From Peptostreptococcales bacterium (GTDB lineage: Bacteria; Bacillota; Clostridia; Peptostreptococcales; Acidaminobacteraceae), in NCBI GenBank assembly GCA_038246775.1, contig JBBRVO010000001.1:44728-108727 (forward strand): DNA of 64,000 nt. Direction: 5' to 3'. The stretch's first letter is position 1; every line of letters begins with the position of its first letter. The position numbers were made by a program, and so were the translations under genes. The notes beneath the pieces are model-generated. The model searched no databases. It saw nothing but the letters and a program-made list of their open reading frames with translations, and was not told the origin of the DNA. Positions 28,848-37,172 of the stretch are shown here, one piece after another.

Positions 28848-29498
28848 ATGCAGTTTCAAAAAATAAGTCAAAATGCGTACCTTTCAAACAAATGGCCCCA
28901 TGGTGAAACCACTGAACTCTATATTTATCCCAAAGACGGAAATTATGAAGCGCGCGAGTTTTTATGGCGTGTCTCTTCAGCGACGGTGGCAAGTGAAGCT
29001 TCTGACTTTACCGTTCTATTTGGTGTTAAAAGGTGGATTATGCCCTATGATAATACATTACTATTAACACATACAAACAATAGTAAACCACTCTACAGTA
29101 TCACATTGAAACCTTATGAAGCCCATTGCTTTAAAGGTGACTGGAACACAACTAGCGTCGGAAAAACGCGTGATTTCAATCTGATGTTAAAAGAAGGTGC
29201 CTTTGGTATCTTAAAGCCGACGACCTTATTACCAGACACACACTATGACTTGGGCCATCTATTTCAAGAAGCGTTTGATGAACGGCTGCCGCTTGCGGAC
29301 CATACCTTGACCCTTGGTATGTACTCAAGAGATTGCGATTTTGAAATTAAAACGGATGATGAGACGCAAGTTTGTGTACGTGAAGATCTTATGTTGATAC
29401 ACTATACACTTGAAGAAGTGGACATGGTCAAGACGTTTATCATTTCTCAAAAGACACAGGTGACATCCCATCTCGTGATGTTTGCTGTCACCTATTAA
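28848..29498 (+). CDS. HutD/Ves-family cupin-like protein
   Basis: W..G.TTEL.IYP, FLWRVSSATV..E.SDFT and F.GDW...S.G..RDFNLM. Start placed after a GGAGG RBS. Confidence 0.8.
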   Translation: MQFQKISQNAYLSNKWPHGETTELYIYPKDGNYEAREFLWRVSSATVASEASDFTVLFGVKRWIMPYDNTLLLTHTNNSKPLYSITLKPYEAHCFKGDWNTTSVGKTRDFNLMLKEGAFGILKPTTLLPDTHYDLGHLFQEAFDERLPLADHTLTLGMYSRDCDFEIKTDDETQVCVREDLMLIHYTLEEVDMVKTFIISQKTQVTSHLVMFAVTY

Positions 29499-29505
29499 AA
29501 ATAAT

Positions 29506-29550
29506 AATCCTGAGCGATCGACGGGTCGACGCTCAGGATTTTATTTTTTT
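29506..29550. terminator. Bidirectional intrinsic terminator
   Basis: Stem aatcctgagcg / cgctcaggatt with T-rich (+) and A-rich flanks. Confidence 0.8.
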
Positions 29551-29551
29551 G

Positions 29552-31309
29552 TTATAACAGATTGTCCAAAGAAGAATTGACGATAGGTGTAGAGTCAGCT
29601 GTAACCTCTAACGGTTCGGTGACTTTAATCACTGGAAGGAACAAAGTGAAAGTGGTGCCTTCATCGATAGCACTATCAACATGAATTGTACCACCGTGTT
29701 GCTCAATGATAATCTTTGCAATAGAAAGACCTAAACCCGTGCCGCCATGTTGATTTTCTTTCATCTTTGTTCGAGATTTATCTGCGCGATAAAAACGGTC
29801 GAAGATGTGCGGCAAGTCTTCTTTTGAAATACCAATGCCGTCATCCGAGATAACGACGATGGCGTGGTTTTCAGAGCGCCTTAAAGAAAGTGATAGCTTT
29901 CCGCCATCAGGTGTATATTTGATACTGTTGTCAATGAATATTCTAAGCGCTTGCTTTAACTTGTCTGATGAACCATGAATCGAGAGGTTCTGATCGATCG
30001 TCTCACTGATGTCATGCTGTGAGTCGATCAAACGCGTTTCCTTGACGATTTCGGTAAATAGTTCGGTGAAGCTGAAGGGTACTTTGTCCATTTTTAAGGA
30101 ACCCTTATCGTTTCTTGCGATAAACAATAGGCTTTCAACCAAACTGTGCATATTATCTGTCTCACTTAAAATAGCATGAATGCTTTCTTCTAGAATTGCA
30201 GGGTCGTCTTTACCCCATCTATTGAGCATGCCAGCATAACCTTTGATGACGGCGATAGGGGTTCTCAGTTCATGAGAGGCATCTGAAACGAATTGTTTTT
30301 CACGTTCATAACTTTTTTGAATGTCGTTGAGCATCTGATTAAACGTCAAAGCAAGGTCTTTAAGTTCATCTTTTGTTCCGCTCACATTTAAGCGCGTACT
30401 TAAATTGTTGCCCGACATATCCTTCACTTGTTCGGTCATGACCTTTATTGATTTAAGATGTTTGTTTGCCATCTTTGATGCCGATCGAATCGAAGACAAA
30501 ATGAGAACAAAGCAGAGAACAAACCCTATAGGAAAGGTGGCTTCCAGTGTATTTGTATGTTTAGTCAATTCGGTTTTGACGGCGTAATAGATAAGTGTAT
30601 TATCGTCGAAGATCATTGAACCCGTTTCAAAGAGCATTGGAAAGTTCGGAAAAATTCTAAAATCGTATTCGACGACAGTGGACGCCTCTTGATAGCTCAA
30701 ACCGTCATCTGAAGTGGCATATAGTGGCGCCTGTTCAGCATTGTACACATATAACTGTAAGTTGTTTTGATTCAAATAGGTATCAATAGATTCTGATTTG
30801 AAATCTTGTGACGAAGTGAGCATGGATTCAATATAGATTCGGTCGTTTTTCAAATCCTCTTGTGCATTATAGAATAAATAATAAGCAAAAGAGACGTAGA
30901 TAAAGAAAAACAAAAATGTGATTAAAAATAAGAGCCGGAGGGCATAGCCAAGCGTCAATTTAAATGTGATATTGAATCGAATCAATGAAATAAAGCGATC
31001 ATAGGTCGAAGAAAAATAAGATGATTTTTCTTGCTCAAGGGGTTCACGTCTCTTAGTAACATTTTCTGCTTTTGTACGCTTGACCTCTTTTGGAATCGCC
31101 ATCTTGGCTGTGTTTGTTTTCTCAGTTGTCTTCTTGACAACGACGCGTTTAGCATCTGAACTTAAGCCATCTTCTCTTCTAGAAGGGACTTTTTTATTTG
31201 TACTGCTTGAGGCAACTCGAGACTTCTTTGATGGTGCAGGTTTTGCACTAGGCGTCGCGTTGACTCTAGATTCAGTTTTTTGGCCGGTTTCCTTACTTAT
31301 TATCTTCAT
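29552..31309 (-). CDS. Sensor histidine kinase (HAMP-HisKA-HATPase) with a long basic N-terminal extension
   Basis: FVSDASHELRTPIAVI, DNSIKYT, DDGIGI and GGTGLGL, with two TM helices after about residue 110. Confidence 0.93.
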   Translation of the reverse strand: MKIISKETGQKTESRVNATPSAKPAPSKKSRVASSSTNKKVPSRREDGLSSDAKRVVVKKTTEKTNTAKMAIPKEVKRTKAENVTKRREPLEQEKSSYFSSTYDRFISLIRFNITFKLTLGYALRLLFLITFLFFFIYVSFAYYLFYNAQEDLKNDRIYIESMLTSSQDFKSESIDTYLNQNNLQLYVYNAEQAPLYATSDDGLSYQEASTVVEYDFRIFPNFPMLFETGSMIFDDNTLIYYAVKTELTKHTNTLEATFPIGFVLCFVLILSSIRSASKMANKHLKSIKVMTEQVKDMSGNNLSTRLNVSGTKDELKDLALTFNQMLNDIQKSYEREKQFVSDASHELRTPIAVIKGYAGMLNRWGKDDPAILEESIHAILSETDNMHSLVESLLFIARNDKGSLKMDKVPFSFTELFTEIVKETRLIDSQHDISETIDQNLSIHGSSDKLKQALRIFIDNSIKYTPDGGKLSLSLRRSENHAIVVISDDGIGISKEDLPHIFDRFYRADKSRTKMKENQHGGTGLGLSIAKIIIEQHGGTIHVDSAIDEGTTFTLFLPVIKVTEPLEVTADSTPIVNSSLDNLL

Positions 31310-31982
31310 CTTTAAATAAATAGCCTACCCCTCTAACGGTATGGATAAATTTAGCACTAAAACAATCGTCAATTTTACTTCTAAGATAACGTATATAAAC
31401 GTCGACAATTTTCGTTTCTCCAAAATAGTCGTAGCCCCATACTTTATCTAAAATCTGTTCACGTGTCAGCGCTATGTTTTTGTTTTCAGCTAGATAGTGT
31501 AAAAGATCAAATTCTGTTTTTGTGAGTTCAATGGTGGTTTGATCGTAATAGGCAGTATATTGGTTGTAATCGATTTTGAGCTTGCCCGAAATGAATGTAT
31601 TCGTATTGACCGCCTGATGTGCGCTCGCTTTTCTGAAAATTCTACGGATGCGTGCTAACAGTTCTTCAATAGCGAAAGGCTTTGTCATATAATCATCAGC
31701 ACCAAAATCGAGGCCAATGACTTTATCCATGATATCGTCTTTTGCAGTGAGCATGATAATGGGAATTTCAGAGTTCAAACGAATGCGTCTACAAACTTCC
31801 ATGCCATTCAAACCGGGTAGCATTATATCGAGTACAATTAAATCAAAATCCCCTTCAAGTGCTTTATCGAGACCTGTTCTACCATCATTTGCCGTTTCAA
31901 CCGAAAAACCTTCATGATTCAATTCGAGTTCAATAAACCTTGCGATTTTAAGATCATCTTCTACGACCAGTATTTTTTGCAT
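31293..31982 (-). CDS. OmpR-family response regulator (ArlR-like)
   Basis: ILVVEDD, LDIMLPG, GADDYMTKPF and VDVYIRYLRSKI...TVRGVGY. Confidence 0.95.
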   Translation of the reverse strand: MQKILVVEDDLKIARFIELELNHEGFSVETANDGRTGLDKALEGDFDLIVLDIMLPGLNGMEVCRRIRLNSEIPIIMLTAKDDIMDKVIGLDFGADDYMTKPFAIEELLARIRRIFRKASAHQAVNTNTFISGKLKIDYNQYTAYYDQTTIELTKTEFDLLHYLAENKNIALTREQILDKVWGYDYFGETKIVDVYIRYLRSKIDDCFSAKFIHTVRGVGYLFKDEDNK

Positions 31983-32055
31983 GTTCGACCTCCATAGATG
32001 TGTACGTGTTTTATCATTACTCTAACTATAGCATTTAGAGTCTGGTTTTAAAAGT

Positions 32056-32085
32056 AAAAAGAGAGAAACGCATACGTTTCTCTCT
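32056..32085 (-). terminator. Intrinsic terminator downstream of the DUF4342 pair
   Basis: Stem agagagaaacg / cgtttctctct with a T run on the minus strand. Confidence 0.8.
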
Positions 32086-32123
32086 GGCTTTATTGCACAA
32101 CTGCAAACATTGAAGCGGAACGA

Positions 32124-32630
32124 TTATGCCATACGATCTTCATCTTCTTTTCTTTCAGTTTTTGTCGCGTCATCATTACGGAAAGCTTTCTCAAAATCCA
32201 TGTTTTTACCTTCGCTATCTAAGATGGAAATTTTAAATCCAAATAGGTAAGGGAGGATTAATAGGAACATCGATACTGGCATTGTAAATAGGATGAGTAA
32301 TGCGGCAATGGTCAATGGAATATCTAATACGCGTTTTGATTTGTTGCCAATAACAAAGCTTGTCTTATGCATTTTTGCGAAGAATTTTCTGACGTCTTCA
32401 AAGAAGTCGTTATCTGGTTTGCTGTTTCTTCTTGAGTGACCATCGGGTCTCGGCGTATTTCTAACGGGCCTTTGACCAGGTTTTGTATAAGCTGTCTTAT
32501 TTGATGCTTCAAGGGATATAAGGGCTTCTACCATATCGCCATCGTGTTGCTCCAAGGCTTCTTTTGCTTCTTTGTAGCTTATGTTAGCTCTTTCCATGAG
32601 CATATCGATTTTTTCTAAACTTACTGACAT
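32124..32630 (-). CDS. DUF4342-like protein with N-terminal UBA/NAC-like helical domain (paralog 1)
   Basis: MSVSLEKID.LMERANISYKEAKEALEQHDGDMVEALI.LE, then a LDIPLTIAAL hydrophobic hairpin. Confidence 0.75.
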   Translation of the reverse strand: MSVSLEKIDMLMERANISYKEAKEALEQHDGDMVEALISLEASNKTAYTKPGQRPVRNTPRPDGHSRRNSKPDNDFFEDVRKFFAKMHKTSFVIGNKSKRVLDIPLTIAALLILFTMPVSMFLLILPYLFGFKISILDSEGKNMDFEKAFRNDDATKTERKEDEDRMA

Positions 32631-32738
32631 TTGAATGCCTCCTCTAATTTTCTTTTTATTTTATAAAGTTGATGTTAGTGAAAGTGTACCAAATCTATCT
32701 TAAATACCAACCAAGGAATGGTTAGAATTTGGATAGAA

Positions 32739-33215
32739 TTATTGATTTTTAGTATTTGTATTTGTGCGGTTCTTGATCCAGGCGTCAACATCTGTAACGT
32801 TTCCGTTTTCACGGTGGATTTGAAGCTTGATGCCAAAGAAAAATGGAACAACTAAGACGATGATGGACAAAGGAAGCGTCCAAAGGGCGATGATAGCGAC
32901 GATGAGTAGCGGCAGTTCCAGTACAGCTTTGTCATCTTTCTTCCATATAAGCTTGATGCGCATCATTTTTTTTAAAACTTTCATACCTTGATGTCCCCAA
33001 AATTTCAACTGGGACTCAAAGGCGTTCTTTTTTGCATCAAAGGATTCTTGTTTTTCCTTCTTAGCATCCTCAGCTGTTTTGCTTGAGTTTTGTTCTATTC
33101 TGATGATGGCTTCAACGACATCGCCGTCACACGCTTCAAGCATGACTTTTGCTTCTTTGTAGCTAACTTTTGTTCTATCGATTATTTTCTCGATGTTTTC
33201 AAGTGTTACTGACAT
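32739..33215 (-). CDS. DUF4342-like protein with N-terminal UBA/NAC-like helical domain (paralog 2)
   Basis: MSVTLENIEKIIDRTKVSYKEAK.MLEACDGDVVEAII.IE and LELPLLIVAI. Start at 33215 after an AAAGGAGG RBS; the ORF track extends to 33278. Confidence 0.75.
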   Translation of the reverse strand: MSVTLENIEKIIDRTKVSYKEAKVMLEACDGDVVEAIIRIEQNSSKTAEDAKKEKQESFDAKKNAFESQLKFWGHQGMKVLKKMMRIKLIWKKDDKAVLELPLLIVAIIALWTLPLSIIVLVVPFFFGIKLQIHRENGNVTDVDAWIKNRTNTNTKNQ

Positions 33216-33385
33216 ATCATAGCCTCCTTTTAGTGAATCAATTGATTTGAACTCATTATATCTCGGGTTCATTAACATGAAACCAATGAACGGTTAAAAA
33301 TCAGATAGAATCCACTTAGTGAATGACTCATTTTTAAATGTTACAGAAGCGTAAGCCTGATTAATGAATGTTAACAGTATATCTA

Positions 33386-33414
33386 TTGACTCAAAAGTTA
33401 GCAAATGATATTAT
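33386..33414 (+). promoter_or_regulatory. Sigma-A-type promoter of the candidate sRNA
   Basis: TTGACT-17 bp-TATTAT. Confidence 0.7.
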
Positions 33415-33420
33415 CATAGT

Positions 33421-33527
33421 CGTTGACAGGTAATACGATTGAATTACAACTTGATTTACATTTATCCCCCCTTTATTAATAAATGTAAATTGTCAATTCC
33501 GGCGCACTGAGGTGCGTCTTTTTTTTT
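33421..33527 (+). ncRNA. Candidate trans-acting small RNA with a C-rich loop
   Basis: Own promoter upstream, no ORF, a 12-bp hairpin (33454-33465/33479-33490) with loop CCCCCCUUUAUUA, a closing stem ttgaca/tgtcaa, and an intrinsic terminator (ggcgcac-tgag-gtgcgtc plus T9). Confidence 0.6.
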
Positions 33528-33552
33528 GCTTATAATGGTAAAAAATGTAAAC

Positions 33553-33581
33553 TTGACATTTGTCTTAAAAGACAATAAACT
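33553..33581 (+). promoter_or_regulatory. Sigma-A-type promoter of the MFS-acpS unit
   Basis: TTGACA-17 bp-TAAACT, downstream of the sRNA terminator. Confidence 0.6.
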
Positions 33582-33673
33582 TAATGCAACAAGCATTCAT
33601 CTAGCTAAAGAAGCCTTTGTTTTGAACGTGTATATAAACAAATATTTAACCCTCAACCTATTAGAAAGGCAAT

Positions 33674-34831
33674 GTGACACACATGAAACCGTCAAATAAA
33701 TTAATCATCTGGGGAAACTACTTCGGATTCGTAATCATGGGAATGATCGTTGTCTCATTTGGTTCAACCATGCCATACATAAGAGATGAATTTGCACTGT
33801 CCTTTGAAAATGGTGGTTTGATATTGGCATTTTTCTCTGGGAGCTACTTGATTAACGGTATGTTAAGTGGATGGCTTGTGGATTGGATTGGAAAAAAAGC
33901 AATTTTAGTAACAGGAAATAGCTTATATGTCATTGGTTTGTCGTCACTTTTTTTTGCATCTCAAGTCTGGATCATCTATGTAAGTGTTGTTATACTTGGC
34001 ATCGGATGGGGTTTCTGCAATACGACAATCAATATTCTCGTAAATGATTCTAGTCATGGGGATGCCAAGGCCATGAGTCTGCTTCATATGTCGTTTGGCG
34101 TAGGTGCTTTTATTGTCCCTTTACTATTCAACGTATTTCTAAAATTAGGCTTAACGTGGAAAGAACTGATGCTGTTTTTGTCGTTATTAGCGCTAGTCTC
34201 ATTTGTTCTTTCCCTATTCATGCAAATCGATTTTGTTAAGGAAAATAAAAAAGAGGGGTCGAAAAAGCATTTTCAAAATTCAAAGCAACTTATACTGTAT
34301 ATGGCAATTCTCTTCTTTTATGTAGGTAGTGAAAGTGCCTTTAGTGGTTGGATTGTCAGTTATCTAATTACAGGACTCAAGATGGCGGCAGGATTTGCAC
34401 AAAACATGTTGTCAATTTTGTGGCTGACGATTATCATAGGTAGATATGCCATTGGGTTGCTAGGCACGCGTATCAACAAGGGGAAATTTGTGATGGCAGC
34501 CAGCGGCATCGCGCTTTTAAGCATGGTTCTTTTCATATCAACGAGCAATCAAATCATCATTTTTATATCTGTAATTGGCATTGGCCTTTCATTTGCCGGC
34601 ATCTATCCGCTGACGATGGCACATGCAAATCCAATCATTAGAGGATCGGGTCTTGCCACAGCACTTGTGATTTCAGGTGGTGGTCTGGGATCTACTACTG
34701 TACCCTATTTGAGTGGTCGTATTGCAGATGGTTATGGAACGGTAGCCATCATTTCGACAATCCTTGTGACGTTAACCTGCATGTTTATATTCTCTTGGAT
34801 TAATGAAAGACAAAATATGAGGAGTCTTTAA
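33674..34831 (+). CDS. Major facilitator superfamily transporter
   Basis: About 12 hydrophobic helices and the motif-A-like SGWLVDWIGKK. An alternative ATG start lies at 33683. Confidence 0.88.
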   Translation: MTHMKPSNKLIIWGNYFGFVIMGMIVVSFGSTMPYIRDEFALSFENGGLILAFFSGSYLINGMLSGWLVDWIGKKAILVTGNSLYVIGLSSLFFASQVWIIYVSVVILGIGWGFCNTTINILVNDSSHGDAKAMSLLHMSFGVGAFIVPLLFNVFLKLGLTWKELMLFLSLLALVSFVLSLFMQIDFVKENKKEGSKKHFQNSKQLILYMAILFFYVGSESAFSGWIVSYLITGLKMAAGFAQNMLSILWLTIIIGRYAIGLLGTRINKGKFVMAASGIALLSMVLFISTSNQIIIFISVIGIGLSFAGIYPLTMAHANPIIRGSGLATALVISGGGLGSTTVPYLSGRIADGYGTVAIISTILVTLTCMFIFSWINERQNMRSL

Positions 34832-35209
34832 ATGGTTATAGGCAATGGTGTCGATATTATTGAAATTGAAAGGATGCGAAAAATCATAGAAAAAAAACCG
34901 CGTTTTTTGGAACGCAATTTCACATTGAAAGAGCGCGAACTGTTTTTAGAAAAAAAGATGCATCCCGCAACCATAGCCGCAGGATTTGCTGGAAAAGAGG
35001 CAGTATCTAAGGCTATGGGAACTGGTATTCGGGGCTTTAATCTCATTGATATTGAAGTGTTAAGAGATGTACTTGGTAAACCATGTGTTAATCTCTATGG
35101 AAACGCTAAAGAAGTCGCGACTAGTAAGGGGATAGAATCCTTTGAAATATCGCTATCTCATACAGACGAAACTGCGATTGCTTTCGTTATATCTCTCGGC
35201 AAAAGATAA
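34832..35209 (+). CDS. acpS: Holo-[acyl-carrier-protein] synthase
   Basis: GNGVDIIEIER, AGFAGKEAVSKA.GTG and ISLSHT. Confidence 0.96.
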   Translation: MVIGNGVDIIEIERMRKIIEKKPRFLERNFTLKERELFLEKKMHPATIAAGFAGKEAVSKAMGTGIRGFNLIDIEVLRDVLGKPCVNLYGNAKEVATSKGIESFEISLSHTDETAIAFVISLGKR

Positions 35210-35316
35210 ATTATTATTTTTATGGATTATTGTTGTGAAAGAGCGTAAAATTAAGATTGTGTATAACAATACACCACATAAAAAACAACTTAAAAACGTT
35301 TGAATGAGAGGTTTAT

Positions 35317-36483
35317 ATGAACAAACTGACAAGACCGGTCTGGGTAGATATCAATTTAGATAATTTGGCTCACAATATGAGAGAAGTAAAGCGCATAACA
35401 TCATCAAAGGCGTTGATTTCGGCGGTAATTAAAGCCGATGGATACGGACACGGCGCTCTATATATAGCACAAACGCTCCTTGAAAATGGCGCTGACCGCT
35501 TTGCCGTAGCAACCTTATCTGAGGCAATTCAACTTAAAAAGGCTTTTAGAACGACAGAAATCATGGTACTTGGTTATACGCCGAATGATTTGATTGATGG
35601 CGCGATTGAAAACGACATCATTCAGACGGTTTATTCATTAGAGCAAGCCGAATTTTTCAATACGCGCGCCGCTCGTTTTGGAAAAACCTTAAAAGTACAC
35701 ATCAAGCTTGACACGGGCATGCGAAGAATTGGCATGTCTATTTCGGATGAGACTATTGAGGCAATCCTGACTATGTCTAAACTAATAAATTTGGAGTTGG
35801 AAGGCATTTTCACTCACTTTGCAGTCGCAGACGAAGTCGATAAATCCTTTACCATCGAACAAGTCAAGCGATTTAAAACGGTTGTAGAAGCTCTTGAAGC
35901 AAAAGGACTCGTCATACCGATAAAGCACGTATCCAATAGCGCTGCGATTATTGACTGTCCAGAGTACAACTTTGACATGGTCCGTGCAGGCATCATGTTA
36001 TACGGACTGTATCCATCGCCAGACGTCAAAAAAGAAACGGTAGATCTAAGGGAAGCTATGTCATTGAAGGCCAAGGTTGCGCATGTTAAGATAGTCCATG
36101 GTGGAGAAGGTGTGAGTTATGGCCTCAAATATGTTGCACCTGCTGAAACACAAATTGCCACTATACCTATTGGTTATGCGGATGGTTTTACGAGAGGTCT
36201 GACTTTTAAAGCAAAAGGCATTGTCAAAGGGGAAATTAAGCCCATAGTCGGCAGAATTTGTATGGATCAATGTATGATTGAGGTGGATGGTCTTGAGATA
36301 AAAGTAGGTGACACGATTACTCTTTTTGGTGAGGCAGATGGAAAACGCATCAGCATTGACGCGTATGCGGACATGCTGGGGACAATCAATTATGAAATCG
36401 TCTGTATGATGGGGAAACGCATTCCGAGAAGATATTTAAAAAATGGAGCAACCGTACAAATAGTTGACCTTATTTTAGAATAA
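35317..36483 (+). CDS. alr: Alanine racemase
   Basis: AVIKADGYGHG (PLP Lys), HIKLDTGMRRIG, MVRAGIMLYG and VGRICMDQ. Confidence 0.97.
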   Translation: MNKLTRPVWVDINLDNLAHNMREVKRITSSKALISAVIKADGYGHGALYIAQTLLENGADRFAVATLSEAIQLKKAFRTTEIMVLGYTPNDLIDGAIENDIIQTVYSLEQAEFFNTRAARFGKTLKVHIKLDTGMRRIGMSISDETIEAILTMSKLINLELEGIFTHFAVADEVDKSFTIEQVKRFKTVVEALEAKGLVIPIKHVSNSAAIIDCPEYNFDMVRAGIMLYGLYPSPDVKKETVDLREAMSLKAKVAHVKIVHGGEGVSYGLKYVAPAETQIATIPIGYADGFTRGLTFKAKGIVKGEIKPIVGRICMDQCMIEVDGLEIKVGDTITLFGEADGKRISIDAYADMLGTINYEIVCMMGKRIPRRYLKNGATVQIVDLILE

Positions 36484-36598
36484 ATCACGACTTCTTTGTG
36501 GTAGTGAACTAATATATATGATATTATATGATAAGGATTATTCATGTAGGGCTATTAGACATTGTACCTATAAATAGTTGAGAACCTATGATTAATCT

Positions 36599-36748
36599 AT
36601 GAATCATAAAACTAAAGAAAGACTCAGGTCTTTTGAAAATAAGCAAGAAGGATACGAAACCATGGCCAAGCCTTAGCTGGTTCCTTGCGAATCAGTTTAT
36701 ATTGTGTGTTTGTGCAATGTGTCTAAGAGACAAAGTGAATGGAGATGA
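36599..36748 (+). pseudogene. Possible remnant of an NdoAI/MazE-type antitoxin (25-aa ORF, then in-frame TAG, then a frame ending in TGA that overlaps the toxin's ATG codons)
   Basis: Translation [56 protein letters not shown] resembles the GYxEMA motif of NdoAI. No RHH domain and no clear RBS. Confidence 0.35.
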
Positions 36749-37113
36749 TGCTAAAAGTGACCATTAAAAGAGGCGATGTTTTTTTTGCTGACTTATCACC
36801 GGTTAGGGGATCTGAGCAAGGCGGACAAAGGCCTGTATTAATTATACAGAATAACATAGGGAATAAATATAGCCCTACCGTTATCATAGCTGCGATTACA
36901 GCAAAAATCGCAAAAGCCAAATTGCCGACGCATGTCGAAGTTGGGGCCTCGCAAGTCGGATTACTTAAAGATTCAGTTGTATTACTTGAACAAGTAAGAA
37001 CAATTGATAAAACGCGTTTAATTCAAAAGCTGGGACAACTCGAAGATGATGTGATGTCTCGTGTTGACAAAGCGCTAGTGATTAGTTTAGGGTTATATGA
37101 GGATGTGACATAA
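36739..37113 (+). CDS. mazF: MazF/PemK-family endoribonuclease toxin (NdoA/EndoA type)
   Basis: [40 protein letters not shown] and [10 protein letters not shown]. The true start may be 36745, 36748 or GTG 36757. Confidence 0.95.
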   Translation: MEMMLKVTIKRGDVFFADLSPVRGSEQGGQRPVLIIQNNIGNKYSPTVIIAAITAKIAKAKLPTHVEVGASQVGLLKDSVVLLEQVRTIDKTRLIQKLGQLEDDVMSRVDKALVISLGLYEDVT

Positions 37114-37115
37114 TG

Positions 37116-37144
37116 CCTGTATATTTATTATGCAGGTTTTTTCA
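37116..37144 (+). terminator. Probable intrinsic terminator after mazF
   Basis: cctgtata...tatgcagg stem followed by a T run. Confidence 0.55.
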
Positions 37145-37172
37145 TGATAAAGTGTAAGAGGATGGAGAATTT

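Noticed and set aside
33457-33476. Minus-strand GGGGGG-ATAA-ATG-TAA mini-ORF inside the candidate sRNA
   Set aside because: It is a start-stop only and simply the complement of the C-rich loop. There is no toxin ORF antisense to the RNA, so a type I toxin-antitoxin reading is unsupported.
36674-36676. In-frame TAG in the antitoxin-like frame as a pyrrolysine codon
   Set aside because: There are no pyl genes in the window and no precedent in antitoxins. A nonsense mutation or chance frame is more parsimonious, so it is kept only as a minor alternative.
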